Source: a virus (taxonomy: Duplodnaviria; Caudoviricetes). From it: a DNA stretch of 64,000 nt. Shown here piece after piece: positions 9,152 to 17,902 of this stretch (positions are counted from its first letter, which is position 1; each line of letters starts with the position of its first letter). The position numbers and the translations under genes are program-made. Location of the stretch: positions 1,351 through 65,350 of IMG/VR virus record IMGVR_UViG_3300020385_000012; one strand, given 5' to 3'. Under the pieces are notes generated by a model. The model saw only the letters and a program-made list of their open reading frames with translations. It had not been told where the DNA came from and made no database searches.

Positions 9152-11482
9152 TTAACTTGGCTTGGAGGTTATACCGTAGTAACCCCATTGTTGACCTGGA
9201 CTTGAATCAGATATATCTCCGCCTGTAGCGGATAATTGCATGACAGAAGATTGTGCTACTGATGGTAAACCTCCACTTCCGTTTGTATACGAATTAAAAC
9301 TAAAAGAATCAGAACTGTAGTCAGTGTATGTATTTAAAGCAGTCCCAGAAGACATTGTTGCAGATGTTATTGTGAAACCACTACCCAAAGCCCCTGTAGA
9401 TATATCCCCATCACTTGTCCTAATTTTAAAATAGTCATGTCCTGCATTTATGCCTATATCCATGTCAAATGAAAATCCTGCATAGAGATAATCTCCCTGC
9501 ACATATAAACTAGATATACCCTTACATTTTGCATATCCCGGCCAATTTCCATCTGTAGAGCCATTTATATTAATTCTTTTTATCCATTGAAGTGTACCGC
9601 TGGAGTTAAATTTTGCAATAGCAATTCTAAAGTCATTAGTATCGGTACCCACTAAACTATCTCCCCCTGCATAATCTTTTTGATCCATATGCCCACTATC
9701 ATAAAATATATCGTTTGGGACAAAATTAGTTTTTCTAAATTCTTGTTGGGTTGCTACATATACATTATTACTACCATCTAAGGCTATTTGTTTCCAAACG
9801 TAAGATTCTGAATCTTCCCCTGTTGCAAACAAATTTAATTTATATATTTTTTTCCAAGTTAAACTAGAGCCATTTGTTTTTAGTACAAATGCTTTGTATT
9901 GTGATGTTCCTGCCGAAGTTCCAGTTATTCCGCAAATGTAAGAATCGCTTCCATTAACAGCAACCCCTTGGGCAACAGTATGGTCATCACCGAAAATTAA
10001 ATGTTTAGAATAAACTAAACTGGGGCTTGTAATCAAAGCAGCACCTCTGTTTTTATTTTCACTACTTATTGATGTGGTAACATTCCCTACGGCTACTACA
10101 TTTGTAGAATTAGCTGCAACATCTCTAAAGGCAGTATATGGTGTTGATGAAGAATTTATAGTCCAAACTTTTGCACTACTATTACTCCAAACATTAGAGG
10201 ATGTTGCGTTAGCTGCTGTTTGTGAACTAAATTGTATTCTGTACAAAAAAGGGTGGTATTTTTTAGTTGTGTATCTAGCGTAGTCGTCAAAAACTTGTCC
10301 AGCTATATAACAATTAGATACACTGTTTGCGTATGCGCTAGCTACGGATGGTTTTGCGTACCTAGAAGTGAACTTTAAAGGTTGTGTTTGTAAAGAGTTT
10401 TTTTCGAATTTTTTTGTAAAATGTTCAAATAAAAATAATTGCGGGTGATATACACTGCTTTTTGTTTGCAATGCATTTTTAACTGCCCCAAATCTAAAAT
10501 GGTCCAAAAAATTATTCGTATATATATCTGCTGGTTTTGTATCTACCCAAAATATATGAGTAGGGGTAGCTGGGACATCAATCCAGCACATGTCCGATAT
10601 TATGTTATCCGTACTTTCATTCCAATTCCAAACCGTGGCTATTTGTTTAGCAGGTGCGTAAACACCACTTAAACCTGTTTCGCTGGAACTAAATATACCC
10701 GCTGTACCGTATTTATCTGTTAAACCTATTGCTGGCTTGTGATTGTTATCATCTGAATTATATAACCCTCCGCCTGTATAAACGTACTCTTGTGTATCAA
10801 CAATTAAAGAGTGATCGCCAACACCGTTGTATTTTAAATTAAATCTATAATATTTGTCGGTCAATGAATCTCCTCTAGCTTTTAAATAACTTCCGGATGT
10901 TTCATATTTTCTTACATGCTCAAAAGTAGAGCTATACGGTTGATATGGATCTACGTTTAATGTAAATGCTTCATTTGTTGTACTATTTGGATCGCTACTC
11001 GATCCGCAATTTTGTATACCGTACCAAGAGCTGCCTGTCCAATATCTTTTTTCAGTCCCGTTAGAATACCATCCAGCTGCTCGATTAGTTGTTAACGACG
11101 TATTAGAATGTATATCTAATGCAGACTTAACCGGATCAGTTTTATAAAAATCTTGGAACCAATCGCAATAAACTGTAACATTGCTCGCGGTGCATACAGC
11201 AGATGTCGAGGAGCTGTACTTTAATGTGTAACTAACATATGAAGGGTTAGAACTGTAATCGTGGTCGTATTCATAGAATTCACCCATGCCGTGTTCTGCA
11301 ACCCCATTTGGTTTGTGGAAGCTTGATGTATTAACCGCGTCAAAACCCCCATCTGCTGCGTGGGTTGATAAATTTTTTAAACTTACACTGGTAGGTTGAG
11401 TGCTTGTACTGTCGTAGTTATCATGTACAAATTCTTTAGCAATCTTTCCTAAATGCAATGGTCCATCTTCAGGTACTCCCAT
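9152..11482 (-). CDS. Virion/tail-associated protein, probable beta-propeller C-terminus
   Basis: N-terminal MGVPEDGPLHLGKI..EFYEYDH motif; C-terminal IALDGSNNVYV / IAKFNSSGTLQW repeats. Confidence 0.6.
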   Translation of the reverse strand: MGVPEDGPLHLGKIAKEFVHDNYDSTSTQPTSVSLKNLSTHAADGGFDAVNTSSFHKPNGVAEHGMGEFYEYDHDYSSNPSYVSYTLKYSSSTSAVCTASNVTVYCDWFQDFYKTDPVKSALDIHSNTSLTTNRAAGWYSNGTEKRYWTGSSWYGIQNCGSSSDPNSTTNEAFTLNVDPYQPYSSTFEHVRKYETSGSYLKARGDSLTDKYYRFNLKYNGVGDHSLIVDTQEYVYTGGGLYNSDDNNHKPAIGLTDKYGTAGIFSSSETGLSGVYAPAKQIATVWNWNESTDNIISDMCWIDVPATPTHIFWVDTKPADIYTNNFLDHFRFGAVKNALQTKSSVYHPQLFLFEHFTKKFEKNSLQTQPLKFTSRYAKPSVASAYANSVSNCYIAGQVFDDYARYTTKKYHPFLYRIQFSSQTAANATSSNVWSNSSAKVWTINSSSTPYTAFRDVAANSTNVVAVGNVTTSISSENKNRGAALITSPSLVYSKHLIFGDDHTVAQGVAVNGSDSYICGITGTSAGTSQYKAFVLKTNGSSLTWKKIYKLNLFATGEDSESYVWKQIALDGSNNVYVATQQEFRKTNFVPNDIFYDSGHMDQKDYAGGDSLVGTDTNDFRIAIAKFNSSGTLQWIKRININGSTDGNWPGYAKCKGISSLYVQGDYLYAGFSFDMDIGINAGHDYFKIRTSDGDISTGALGSGFTITSATMSSGTALNTYTDYSSDSFSFNSYTNGSGGLPSVAQSSVMQLSATGGDISDSSPGQQWGYYGITSKPS

Positions 11483-11485
11483 AAT

Positions 11486-11716
11486 CTATTCTTTTTTAGT
11501 TCCATTACCAAAGTTACCCCTGTTGTTCTTTACAGAAGTAAACCTCTTTGTTCTGTGATCGTAGTCTTTGCCCTTTAGATTAACGCCACGTTTCTTTGCT
11601 GCCTTACGCTTTTTTTGATTCTCAGCCTTCATCTTTCTTCTTCTAGGTGTCATCGCAACTTTCTTATCTCTTGCTTTCTTAGCAGCTTTTGCTTTCTTAC
11701 TTAGTTTTTGTGCCAT
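11486..11716 (-). CDS. Small basic protein with degenerate HNH-like motif
   Basis: KGKDYDH...SVKNNRG; first gene of the leftward arm. Confidence 0.55.
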   Translation of the reverse strand: MAQKLSKKAKAAKKARDKKVAMTPRRRKMKAENQKKRKAAKKRGVNLKGKDYDHRTKRFTSVKNNRGNFGNGTKKE

Positions 11717-11721
11717 ACGTA

Positions 11722-11735
11722 TAATATCACTTGTT
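11722..11735 (-). promoter_or_regulatory. Late-promoter-like motif
   Basis: AACAAGTGATATTA, 5 nt upstream of ATG 11716. Confidence 0.55.
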
Positions 11736-11754
11736 ATACCTAATTATTAATAAC

Positions 11755-11799
11755 GTGACGTTAGGTAGCTACTTATATACCTTTACAGGCTAATGTCGT
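11755..11799. repeat. 45-bp imperfect palindrome, site A (11-23-11)
   Basis: GTGACGTTAGG-N23-GCTAATGTCGT. Confidence 0.7.
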
Positions 11800-11915
11800 A
11801 TAGGGGAGTAATGGGTTACACCACCGTATTACCCTTGTATACCTTATAATAAAATCAACTTATTTTACCCCACCCCCCTACCTTTTTAAAATTTTCTTAT
11901 AAAGTTTTTACCTTT

Positions 11916-11949
11916 TACAAAGTTACTACGTAGTTATATAGATATTATA
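11916..11949 (+). promoter_or_regulatory. Early promoter-like repeat P1 (degenerate)
   Basis: TACAAAGTTACTACGTAGTTATATAGATATTATA, aligns without gaps to P2. Confidence 0.6.
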
Positions 11950-11984
11950 AGTGTAAGTAAGTATAACAATTAAAATTAAATAAA

Positions 11985-12302
11985 ATGAGTAAATTAAATG
12001 AGACTTTAAGTAAACTAAGTAAAGAAGAATTAAGAGAAATCTTTCCACCAATTCACAGAAACAATTTTGTAGTAAGAAAGAGTTGGTTAGGTAGAAATCA
12101 AATCATTACCTTTATCAATAACAAACATGAACAAGTCACCTACAATCACGACGAAGTATTAAAAGTAATGTTACCTAAACTAAACATTTTACCATGCTGG
12201 ATTAAGCGAGGTTATTGGTCTCAGTCTACCGACATGCCAAGTAATGTTAGAAGTAAAGTAATTGAAAGAATTAATCTACTAGAAAACAGTGACAATAGCT
12301 AG
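11985..12302 (+). CDS. Hypothetical early protein
   Basis: 105-aa ORF after P1; AT-rich leader. Confidence 0.75.
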   Translation: MSKLNETLSKLSKEELREIFPPIHRNNFVVRKSWLGRNQIITFINNKHEQVTYNHDEVLKVMLPKLNILPCWIKRGYWSQSTDMPSNVRSKVIERINLLENSDNS

Positions 12303-12333
12303 TTACTAATTAACCTTAAGTACCTTATGTCAC
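12289..12333. repeat. 45-bp imperfect palindrome, site B (11-23-11)
   Basis: GTGACAATAGC-N23-CCTTATGTCAC. Confidence 0.7.
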
Positions 12334-12422
12334 ACTTTTTGCGGTGAGTGAGGTACAGGGTTACAACTGTAAACAATTTTACAATAGTAAACAAATAACC
12401 TACTTTGCAAATGCTATACAAC

Positions 12423-12456
12423 TACAAAGTAAATACGAAGTGAAATGGATAATATA
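12423..12456 (+). promoter_or_regulatory. Early promoter-like repeat P2
   Basis: TACAAAGTAAATACGAAGTGAAATGGATAATATA. Confidence 0.75.
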
Positions 12457-12481
12457 AGTGTAATAAATAAATAATAATAAA

Positions 12482-12613
12482 ATGAAATTAAATAAAATAT
12501 ATAAAGAAATCAACGAAATAGGTACTTATACTAAACCTAATGAAATTCAAAGAAAAAGATTAGTAGAGTTAATTGCAATGATACCAATTTCTAAATACGA
12601 TAGAGTAAGATAA
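12482..12613 (+). CDS. Small early protein (43 aa)
   Basis: Hand-translated MKLNKIYKEINEIG...KYDRVR, downstream of P2. Confidence 0.6.
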   Translation: MKLNKIYKEINEIGTYTKPNEIQRKRLVELIAMIPISKYDRVR

Positions 12614-12614
12614 T

Positions 12615-12758
12615 ATGAAAAAAATACTATACACCTACGACGAAAATAAGTTAGAAACATTAACTAAAAAAATGTTTGGCGAACAATATACTTTCAGTAA
12701 AATGAGTGAAAGAGAAAAAGGTATGATAAAAAACGAATACAATGATATATACAGATAA
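12615..12758 (+). CDS. Small early protein (47 aa)
   Basis: Hand-translated MKKILYTYDENKLE...EYNDIYR; 1 nt after the previous stop. Confidence 0.6.
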   Translation: MKKILYTYDENKLETLTKKMFGEQYTFSKMSEREKGMIKNEYNDIYR

Positions 12759-12771
12759 ACTAGGTAACGAT

Positions 12772-12873
12772 ATGACTTGGGCAATTTTAAAGCAAATGTC
12801 CGGTGAATTAACTAGGTGGGATATAATTGGAATAATTGAAACTCACAAACTAAACACGAACACTAACGGATAA
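12772..12873 (+). CDS. Possible microprotein (33 aa)
   Basis: MTWAILKQMSGELTRW...HKLNTNTNG; ends inside P3. Confidence 0.4.
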   Translation: MTWAILKQMSGELTRWDIIGIIETHKLNTNTNG

Positions 12874-12877
12874 TATA
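12844..12877 (+). promoter_or_regulatory. Early promoter-like repeat P3
   Basis: CACAAACTAAACACGAACACTAACGGATAATATA. Confidence 0.75.
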
Positions 12878-12884
12878 ATTGAAT

Positions 12885-13025
12885 ATGGAAACAACATTTG
12901 AAAGTTTAATGGAAGAAATAGGATTTCACCTAACACAATACGACAAAGAAAATATAGACAAAGATGATTTAATCAATGCTATACAACAGGTACACGAATT
13001 TTATAATACCACAATAACAATATGA
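12885..13025 (+). CDS. Small acidic early protein (46 aa)
   Basis: Hand-translated METTFESLMEEIGFH...; ATGA overlap with next ORF. Confidence 0.6.
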   Translation: METTFESLMEEIGFHLTQYDKENIDKDDLINAIQQVHEFYNTTITI

Positions 13026-13279
13026 AAAAAAATAAGCAATACTATGTATGTAAGTCGATGAAGGAACTTCTCGCATTCACCAAAGCAAAGAGAAAACAAA
13101 GAGCTCACCAACACTATGAAATGGCAAAAGCATATGGTCCTTGTAGTGGAATGGGTAACAGAAGATACAAAGTAAAGCAAAAATCCACGTTTCTAAAAGG
13201 TAAATCATATGCTTATAAAGGTAGATGGAATTACTACGCGGTGGATCCAAATGGACATTACAAACTAAATACGAACTAA
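13022..13279 (+). CDS. Hypothetical basic early protein
   Basis: 85-aa ORF from the track. Confidence 0.65.
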   Translation: MKKNKQYYVCKSMKELLAFTKAKRKQRAHQHYEMAKAYGPCSGMGNRRYKVKQKSTFLKGKSYAYKGRWNYYAVDPNGHYKLNTN

Positions 13280-13292
13280 ATCGGATAATATA
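13259..13292 (+). promoter_or_regulatory. Early promoter-like repeat P4
   Basis: TACAAACTAAATACGAACTAAATCGGATAATATA. Confidence 0.75.
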
Positions 13293-13306
13293 ATAAATTA
13301 ATAACT

Positions 13307-13489
13307 ATGATAAAAGCAATATTCTTTTCAAAAATGAGTGACTACAAAGTGGTCGACGTAATACTAAAAATAGTTCTTGCAGGATTATTTATAATGTGGG
13401 TGCTAGGTATGGCCCAATTGCTATACCACCTTGTAACTGACCCATCATCAATTGAAAATGCAACCTTTGGAATCTTTGACACACTATAA
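13307..13489 (+). CDS. Small single-pass membrane protein
   Basis: Hydrophobic VILKIVLAGLFIMWVLGMAQLLY segment. Confidence 0.65.
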   Translation: MIKAIFFSKMSDYKVVDVILKIVLAGLFIMWVLGMAQLLYHLVTDPSSIENATFGIFDTL

Positions 13490-13703
13490 TATGGAATTTA
13501 AAGACTACCCTCAACACTTAATTGACGCTAAACTACAAGAATGTCTTGACTACGAAGCGAAATACGGTAAAATACCACAAGTAACTGCTGTAAAAAATTG
13601 GTGTAAAAGCTATGAATACCGTAAAAACGAGTGGGAATGGAGACAAAATGTTGCGAAAAGTATAAAACCTAATGTAAACTATTTAAAACCTTATTATGAG
13701 TAA
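13452..13703 (+). CDS. Hypothetical early protein (true start probably ATG 13491)
   Basis: ORF track; the internal MEFKDYP start follows the previous stop. Confidence 0.6.
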   Translation: MKMQPLESLTHYNMEFKDYPQHLIDAKLQECLDYEAKYGKIPQVTAVKNWCKSYEYRKNEWEWRQNVAKSIKPNVNYLKPYYE

Positions 13704-13911
13704 AATGAAAATTATGGAAGAAGTTGCCGACGTGCAGGTAACTTACATTATAGAAACATTGTATGACTCTATTGCATGGGCAATGGACGGAATTGAAGAG
13801 TTTGAAAAATTAGACGACGAAGCATTTAACACGGTGCACAGTGCTATACAAACCTTGACTATCGAGAAACTTCACGCTGGATATGTACCTGCGGAAGATT
13901 ATACAAACTAA
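13696..13911 (+). CDS. Hypothetical acidic early protein
   Basis: 71-aa ORF overlapping the upstream stop. Confidence 0.65.
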   Translation: MSKMKIMEEVADVQVTYIIETLYDSIAWAMDGIEEFEKLDDEAFNTVHSAIQTLTIEKLHAGYVPAEDYTN

Positions 13912-13935
13912 ATACGAACTCAATTGGATAATATA
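13902..13935 (+). promoter_or_regulatory. Early promoter-like repeat P5
   Basis: TACAAACTAAATACGAACTCAATTGGATAATATA. Confidence 0.75.
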
Positions 13936-13940
13936 TTTGT

Positions 13941-14132
13941 ATGAAAAAATGTAAATGTAAAAATATAATACCAATCGGAAGAGTAAAACTAGGCTACAAT
14001 ACCTGTATTAATTGCAGTACAACTCAACAATACAGTTACGTACCTATAATTGCAAACAAACAAGTACTTGAGGTGCAAATTGTATCTCAAGAAGTAAGTG
14101 CTGCGGTGCATAAATCGTGGCGTAGAAAGTGA
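13941..14132 (+). CDS. C4 zinc-finger protein, DksA/TraR-like finger
   Basis: CKC..IPIGRVKLGYNTCINC pattern. Confidence 0.6.
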   Translation: MKKCKCKNIIPIGRVKLGYNTCINCSTTQQYSYVPIIANKQVLEVQIVSQEVSAAVHKSWRRK

Positions 14133-14227
14133 GAAATAGGAGACAATATATGTATGTGGTGCCGACTATCGACGGATATAAGCGAGCGTACGGAAGTGTA
14201 TTACATATTGCGTCACACTAACTCACT

Positions 14228-14346
14228 TGAGAGGTGGCGGCCTACTGGTCACGTTAGGTAGATCGGTACATTGTACCAGTACGAAACAGAAAGTGTGGAT
14301 AAATGACAATACTAGTTAACTACCAGTCCACAACTTCTACCTCTCA
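14228..14346 (+). ncRNA. Candidate structured non-coding RNA
   Basis: Closing stem TGAGAGGTGG/CTACCTCTCA enclosing TACTGGT/ACCAGTA and TGTGGA/TCCACA stems; GC-richer intergenic DNA ending 3 nt before the tRNA. Confidence 0.45.
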
Positions 14347-14349
14347 TAA

Positions 14350-14422
<73 letters not shown>

Positions 14423-14425
14423 CTA

Positions 14426-14581
14426 ATGAAATATCCGAATGCAAAGAAACATTTTTATGTGTCAATTCTGAAGAGTGTAGTAAGAATCGGCGGGTATACG
14501 CTAATACCTTTCAATATAACAGCGGCATGTATTACACTGGTTATCAGTGAGTTAATCGGTATAATTGAAGAGTTAGTTTAA
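14426..14581 (+). CDS. Small membrane protein (51 aa)
   Basis: Hand-translated MKYPNAKKHFYVSILKSVVRIGGY...LVISELIGIIEELV. Confidence 0.65.
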   Translation: MKYPNAKKHFYVSILKSVVRIGGYTLIPFNITAACITLVISELIGIIEELV

Positions 14582-14615
14582 TACAAACTAAACACGAATA
14601 CAATTGGATAATATA
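14582..14615 (+). promoter_or_regulatory. Early promoter-like repeat P6
   Basis: TACAAACTAAACACGAATACAATTGGATAATATA. Confidence 0.75.
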
Positions 14616-14640
14616 AATGTAAACTAAATAAAATTAAATT

Positions 14641-14865
14641 ATGAGCAAATCACTTTACCACAGGTTATTTCCTGAATTGAAAAAAAATTTAAATGCAAAT
14701 GCGAAACAATACGAAACCGCAAAACACTTAAAGTACAGATTAATGAGCCACACAGCGTGGTATCAATTAACCATTGATGACGTCAGACAGTTGCAAACTT
14801 GGGCAGACTTCTACGACAGATCAGTTGAATCTGTGCTATACGGCGATAACATTATCAAAAAGTAA
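14641..14865 (+). CDS. Hypothetical early protein
   Basis: 74-aa ORF after P6. Confidence 0.7.
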   Translation: MSKSLYHRLFPELKKNLNANAKQYETAKHLKYRLMSHTAWYQLTIDDVRQLQTWADFYDRSVESVLYGDNIIKK

Positions 14866-15116
14866 TGACATTAAACGAACGCGCACACGACAAAATCTGT
14901 GCAAAAATATTTGCCCTTGAGTGGGAAGTATCAGATAAACAAAAAGAAATAGATGACGGTACTGCAACTAGGTTTATACCTATTGATCTACACAAATCTG
15001 TTCTTAAAAGCATGAAACGTGAAAAAGAATTATACGAATATATACTAAAATTAATATTAAATGAGCACAAGAAACCTCACAATGATCGTAAATCGGTCAG
15101 CAGCAAAACAATTTGA
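14865..15116 (+). CDS. Hypothetical early protein
   Basis: TAATG coupling to the upstream ORF. Confidence 0.65.
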   Translation: MTLNERAHDKICAKIFALEWEVSDKQKEIDDGTATRFIPIDLHKSVLKSMKREKELYEYILKLILNEHKKPHNDRKSVSSKTI

Positions 15117-15546
15117 GCAAGGCTTTGCAGTCGAACCCAAAAAAGTAAACGACGATAGCTATGTAAACATGTACATACACCATGACGGTTACCCTTCATG
15201 GCGTGGCGTAGAGCTAGCTAACTGGGTAAACTACATACAAAAAGACCAAGGCTTCACTCAGTTTGGAGATGGTTCTAGAATTGCAAGTCATCTAGTACAC
15301 GATTTTCATTATAACAGTCAATACCTATATCCTAGTGTTGAATCAATTGATCACCAATACACATGGATAATATGGGTTGGTAAACCTGATGTATGGATAA
15401 GTTGTTGGGACAACTACGAAAATAAAAATATATTTGTCGGTAGTCCTGATAGTTTAATTAAAAAATACAGCGAACCCGGTATGGAATATACACAGTGGAA
15501 AGAAGAAAAACTATGTAAAGAAAACTATTTAACAAAGAATATATGA
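15061..15546 (+). CDS. Conserved-looking phage protein of unknown function (YxHxDGYP motif)
   Basis: MSTR...MYIHHDGYP..G..L motif. Confidence 0.7.
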   Translation: MSTRNLTMIVNRSAAKQFEQGFAVEPKKVNDDSYVNMYIHHDGYPSWRGVELANWVNYIQKDQGFTQFGDGSRIASHLVHDFHYNSQYLYPSVESIDHQYTWIIWVGKPDVWISCWDNYENKNIFVGSPDSLIKKYSEPGMEYTQWKEEKLCKENYLTKNI

Positions 15547-15791
15547 AAGAAAATAAATTACCCAAATGGTTTAATGGAACCGTATACAATCAAGGCGATA
15601 GTGTAACAAATCCATTCTCTGGCGAAAGCTACGAACTTAACAACTTAGAATTAAGTATGTACGACTTTGTTATGGGGTGTGCAATGATACCCTCAACAAA
15701 TTTAAATGACTCTGTAATCAAAAATTGGCAAGACGGTTTGTCATGGTTCAGAACAAATAACCCTAAAGCCTACATGGTATTACTAGATTAA
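15543..15791 (+). CDS. Hypothetical protein
   Basis: LPKWFNG..NPFSGE..LSMYD..WFR.NNPKAYMVLLD. Confidence 0.7.
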   Translation: MKENKLPKWFNGTVYNQGDSVTNPFSGESYELNNLELSMYDFVMGCAMIPSTNLNDSVIKNWQDGLSWFRTNNPKAYMVLLD

Positions 15792-15792
15792 T

Positions 15793-16179
15793 ATGGAAAA
15801 GATATACAAAGAAGATATGCACGACGTTACACCTGAAGAGGCAAAGACTTGGATACTAGAGTATTACAATTCTAAAATTACAACTGACTATATGGGAACC
15901 AATACTTGTGACTATATATTTGAATCTGTATACACTGCAGACTCTTATACGGTTTACTGGGCCCACGCTAATGATGACTACGGTTTTAATCCTGAAAATG
16001 TATACTATTATGCTACGGGTATGGTTGAAGACATCATCGGTTGTGTTAAAGACGGTCTTGATATATTCATTGATGAAGAAATTTATGATGAATTATATAT
16101 TGACGATTTACTTCATGAGCAATATATAATAGTGCAAGACAAAATTGAAGCAGAAAAAGAATTAAACGATACAGACTAA
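15793..16179 (+). CDS. Hypothetical acidic protein
   Basis: 128 aa, rich in D/E/Y. Confidence 0.65.
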   Translation: MEKIYKEDMHDVTPEEAKTWILEYYNSKITTDYMGTNTCDYIFESVYTADSYTVYWAHANDDYGFNPENVYYYATGMVEDIIGCVKDGLDIFIDEEIYDELYIDDLLHEQYIIVQDKIEAEKELNDTD

Positions 16180-16203
16180 ACACGAACTTACACGGATAAT
16201 ATT
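16170..16203 (+). promoter_or_regulatory. Early promoter-like repeat P7
   Basis: TACAGACTAAACACGAACTTACACGGATAATATT, 5 nt before ATG 16209. Confidence 0.7.
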
Positions 16204-16208
16204 AATAT

Positions 16209-16466
16209 ATGACAGACGACGAATACAAAATGCTATACCGCCGAATACGCACCGATTTATACAATGAGTTTATAAATCCTGAAACGGCAACTTACGGACT
16301 TGATGTCGTGCGACAACAGGACCCTAAAGAATTCACACCCGGTGAACTAATACAAGAAGAAATAATTAGTTTAACTGAAGTAATGAAAGAATACGAAAGC
16401 AACGAAGAATACGAACAAGCTGCTTTTATTAAAAAACGAATTGATAACCTTAAAAAAAGATTATGA
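16209..16466 (+). CDS. Protein with C-terminal UvrB/UvrC-type coiled-coil motif
   Basis: EYESNEEYEQAAFIKKRID. Confidence 0.6.
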   Translation: MTDDEYKMLYRRIRTDLYNEFINPETATYGLDVVRQQDPKEFTPGELIQEEIISLTEVMKEYESNEEYEQAAFIKKRIDNLKKRL

Positions 16467-17302
16467 TAAGTAAACCAATGTTAGCCCACAAGTTTGATAT
16501 AAACAGAGTTGATTACTCTCAACCTGTATATATACAACCGAAACTCGACGGTATCAGATGTTTATTCACTGCTAATGGCGCGTTCTCACGTAACAAAAAA
16601 CAGTTTATGAACCTTAAACATATCGAAATGGCACTTAAACCATTTTTCGATCAACACCCTGATGTTGTGCTCGATGGTGAATTATACAACCATAAATTAA
16701 AACGAGACTTCGAAAAAATAGTTTCACTTGTGCGTAAGCAAAAGCCAACCGAAGAAGACAGGCGTAATGCACAGCATTTAATTCAGTTTCATGTCTACGA
16801 CTACTTTGATGGTGTACAATATGACTCATACCGAAACAGACACAACAACCTAACTGCATCTGATATTTACGGTCCGAGCGTACATTATGTACCTACTTAC
16901 AGAGTACACAAACATGAAGAGGCGTTGAACATACACCATGATGCGTTCCTTTCTAACGGTTACGAGGGCTCAATATTACGACTTAATGACGTGTACAAAC
17001 ACACGAGATCTTACAGTCTAATGAAGTTCAAAGACTTTAGCGACGCAGAAGCAATTATAGTGGGCTACGAACTTGGTCAGGGTAAACGTACCGGTACCCT
17101 TGGCAAGTTTCTAATGATGGATGATGATGGTAATAGATTTGGTTGTCCTCCCGGTAAAGGTTATAACTATAAAGATTTAGCAAATATGTTAAAAAATATT
17201 AATAAATATATCGGTAGACGTGCAACGTTTACATATTTTCAGCGAACAAATGCAGGCAGTTATAGACACCCACTATTTAAAACAGTTAGAAATTATGAGT
17301 AA
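16463..17302 (+). CDS. ATP-dependent DNA ligase
   Basis: QPKLDGIRC, LDGELY, FHVYD, GYEGSILR, LMKFK ligase motifs. Confidence 0.95.
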   Translation: MISKPMLAHKFDINRVDYSQPVYIQPKLDGIRCLFTANGAFSRNKKQFMNLKHIEMALKPFFDQHPDVVLDGELYNHKLKRDFEKIVSLVRKQKPTEEDRRNAQHLIQFHVYDYFDGVQYDSYRNRHNNLTASDIYGPSVHYVPTYRVHKHEEALNIHHDAFLSNGYEGSILRLNDVYKHTRSYSLMKFKDFSDAEAIIVGYELGQGKRTGTLGKFLMMDDDGNRFGCPPGKGYNYKDLANMLKNINKYIGRRATFTYFQRTNAGSYRHPLFKTVRNYE

Positions 17303-17396
17303 AGTTATATGGCAATTATACAACGAAAATATGATAAGCATAGAAGTTGCTAACATATTATTAGATACACACTATAATAGAGTTAATAAACAATGA
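17295..17396 (+). CDS. Microprotein (33 aa)
   Basis: MSKVIWQLYNENMISIEVANILLD...; overlaps both neighbours and fills the gap. Confidence 0.5.
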   Translation: MSKVIWQLYNENMISIEVANILLDTHYNRVNKQ

Positions 17397-17902
17397 ATAT
17401 ATTTTATTTACACAAGAACCCTTATAAAGCGGCGAGCTATGTTTACGATAAGCACAAGGTTAAAATGATCTTAGAGTCAGCCCAAATGCTTTGTACGGCC
17501 CACAGATACTATGGCAATGAAGACGTGCCTTATAAAACTGCACATCTAAATCACCCATCAAGTATTTGGTGTCGTGAAAATAAAAACCAGTACAGATGGT
17601 TATACAATCATATGTTAGGTTTAAGCCAAGAATATACTGCGCGTTATAATAAAAAACATTTAACAATAACTAAATGCAAAGAAGCATTATCTAAATATCC
17701 GCCTAACATACCCGATGGTAAATTTCAAGAACCACCTCAGTGTATGCCAGACGAGTTTAAACGGTCTAATGCTATACACGGGTATTGGACGTATTACATT
17801 ATTGAAAAAGCAAAAATAGTAAACAAAAATGAAAAACCTTATACTTTTAACACTATTCCTGAAGACGTACGTTACCGCTACGGTTTACCATGCGGTGCCT
17901 GA
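17393..17902 (+). CDS. Pyrimidine-dimer DNA glycosylase / DenV-like protein
   Basis: MNIFYL..DKHKVKMILESAQMLCTAH..HLNHPSSIW..PPQCMPDE signature. Confidence 0.8.
   Translation: MNIFYLHKNPYKAASYVYDKHKVKMILESAQMLCTAHRYYGNEDVPYKTAHLNHPSSIWCRENKNQYRWLYNHMLGLSQEYTARYNKKHLTITKCKEALSKYPPNIPDGKFQEPPQCMPDEFKRSNAIHGYWTYYIIEKAKIVNKNEKPYTFNTIPEDVRYRYGLPCGA

Noticed and set aside
14228-14346. Hammerhead or pistol ribozyme call
   Set aside because: CGAAAC is present but there is no CUGANGA core, and the pistol AAA linker is absent; kept only as an unclassified structured RNA
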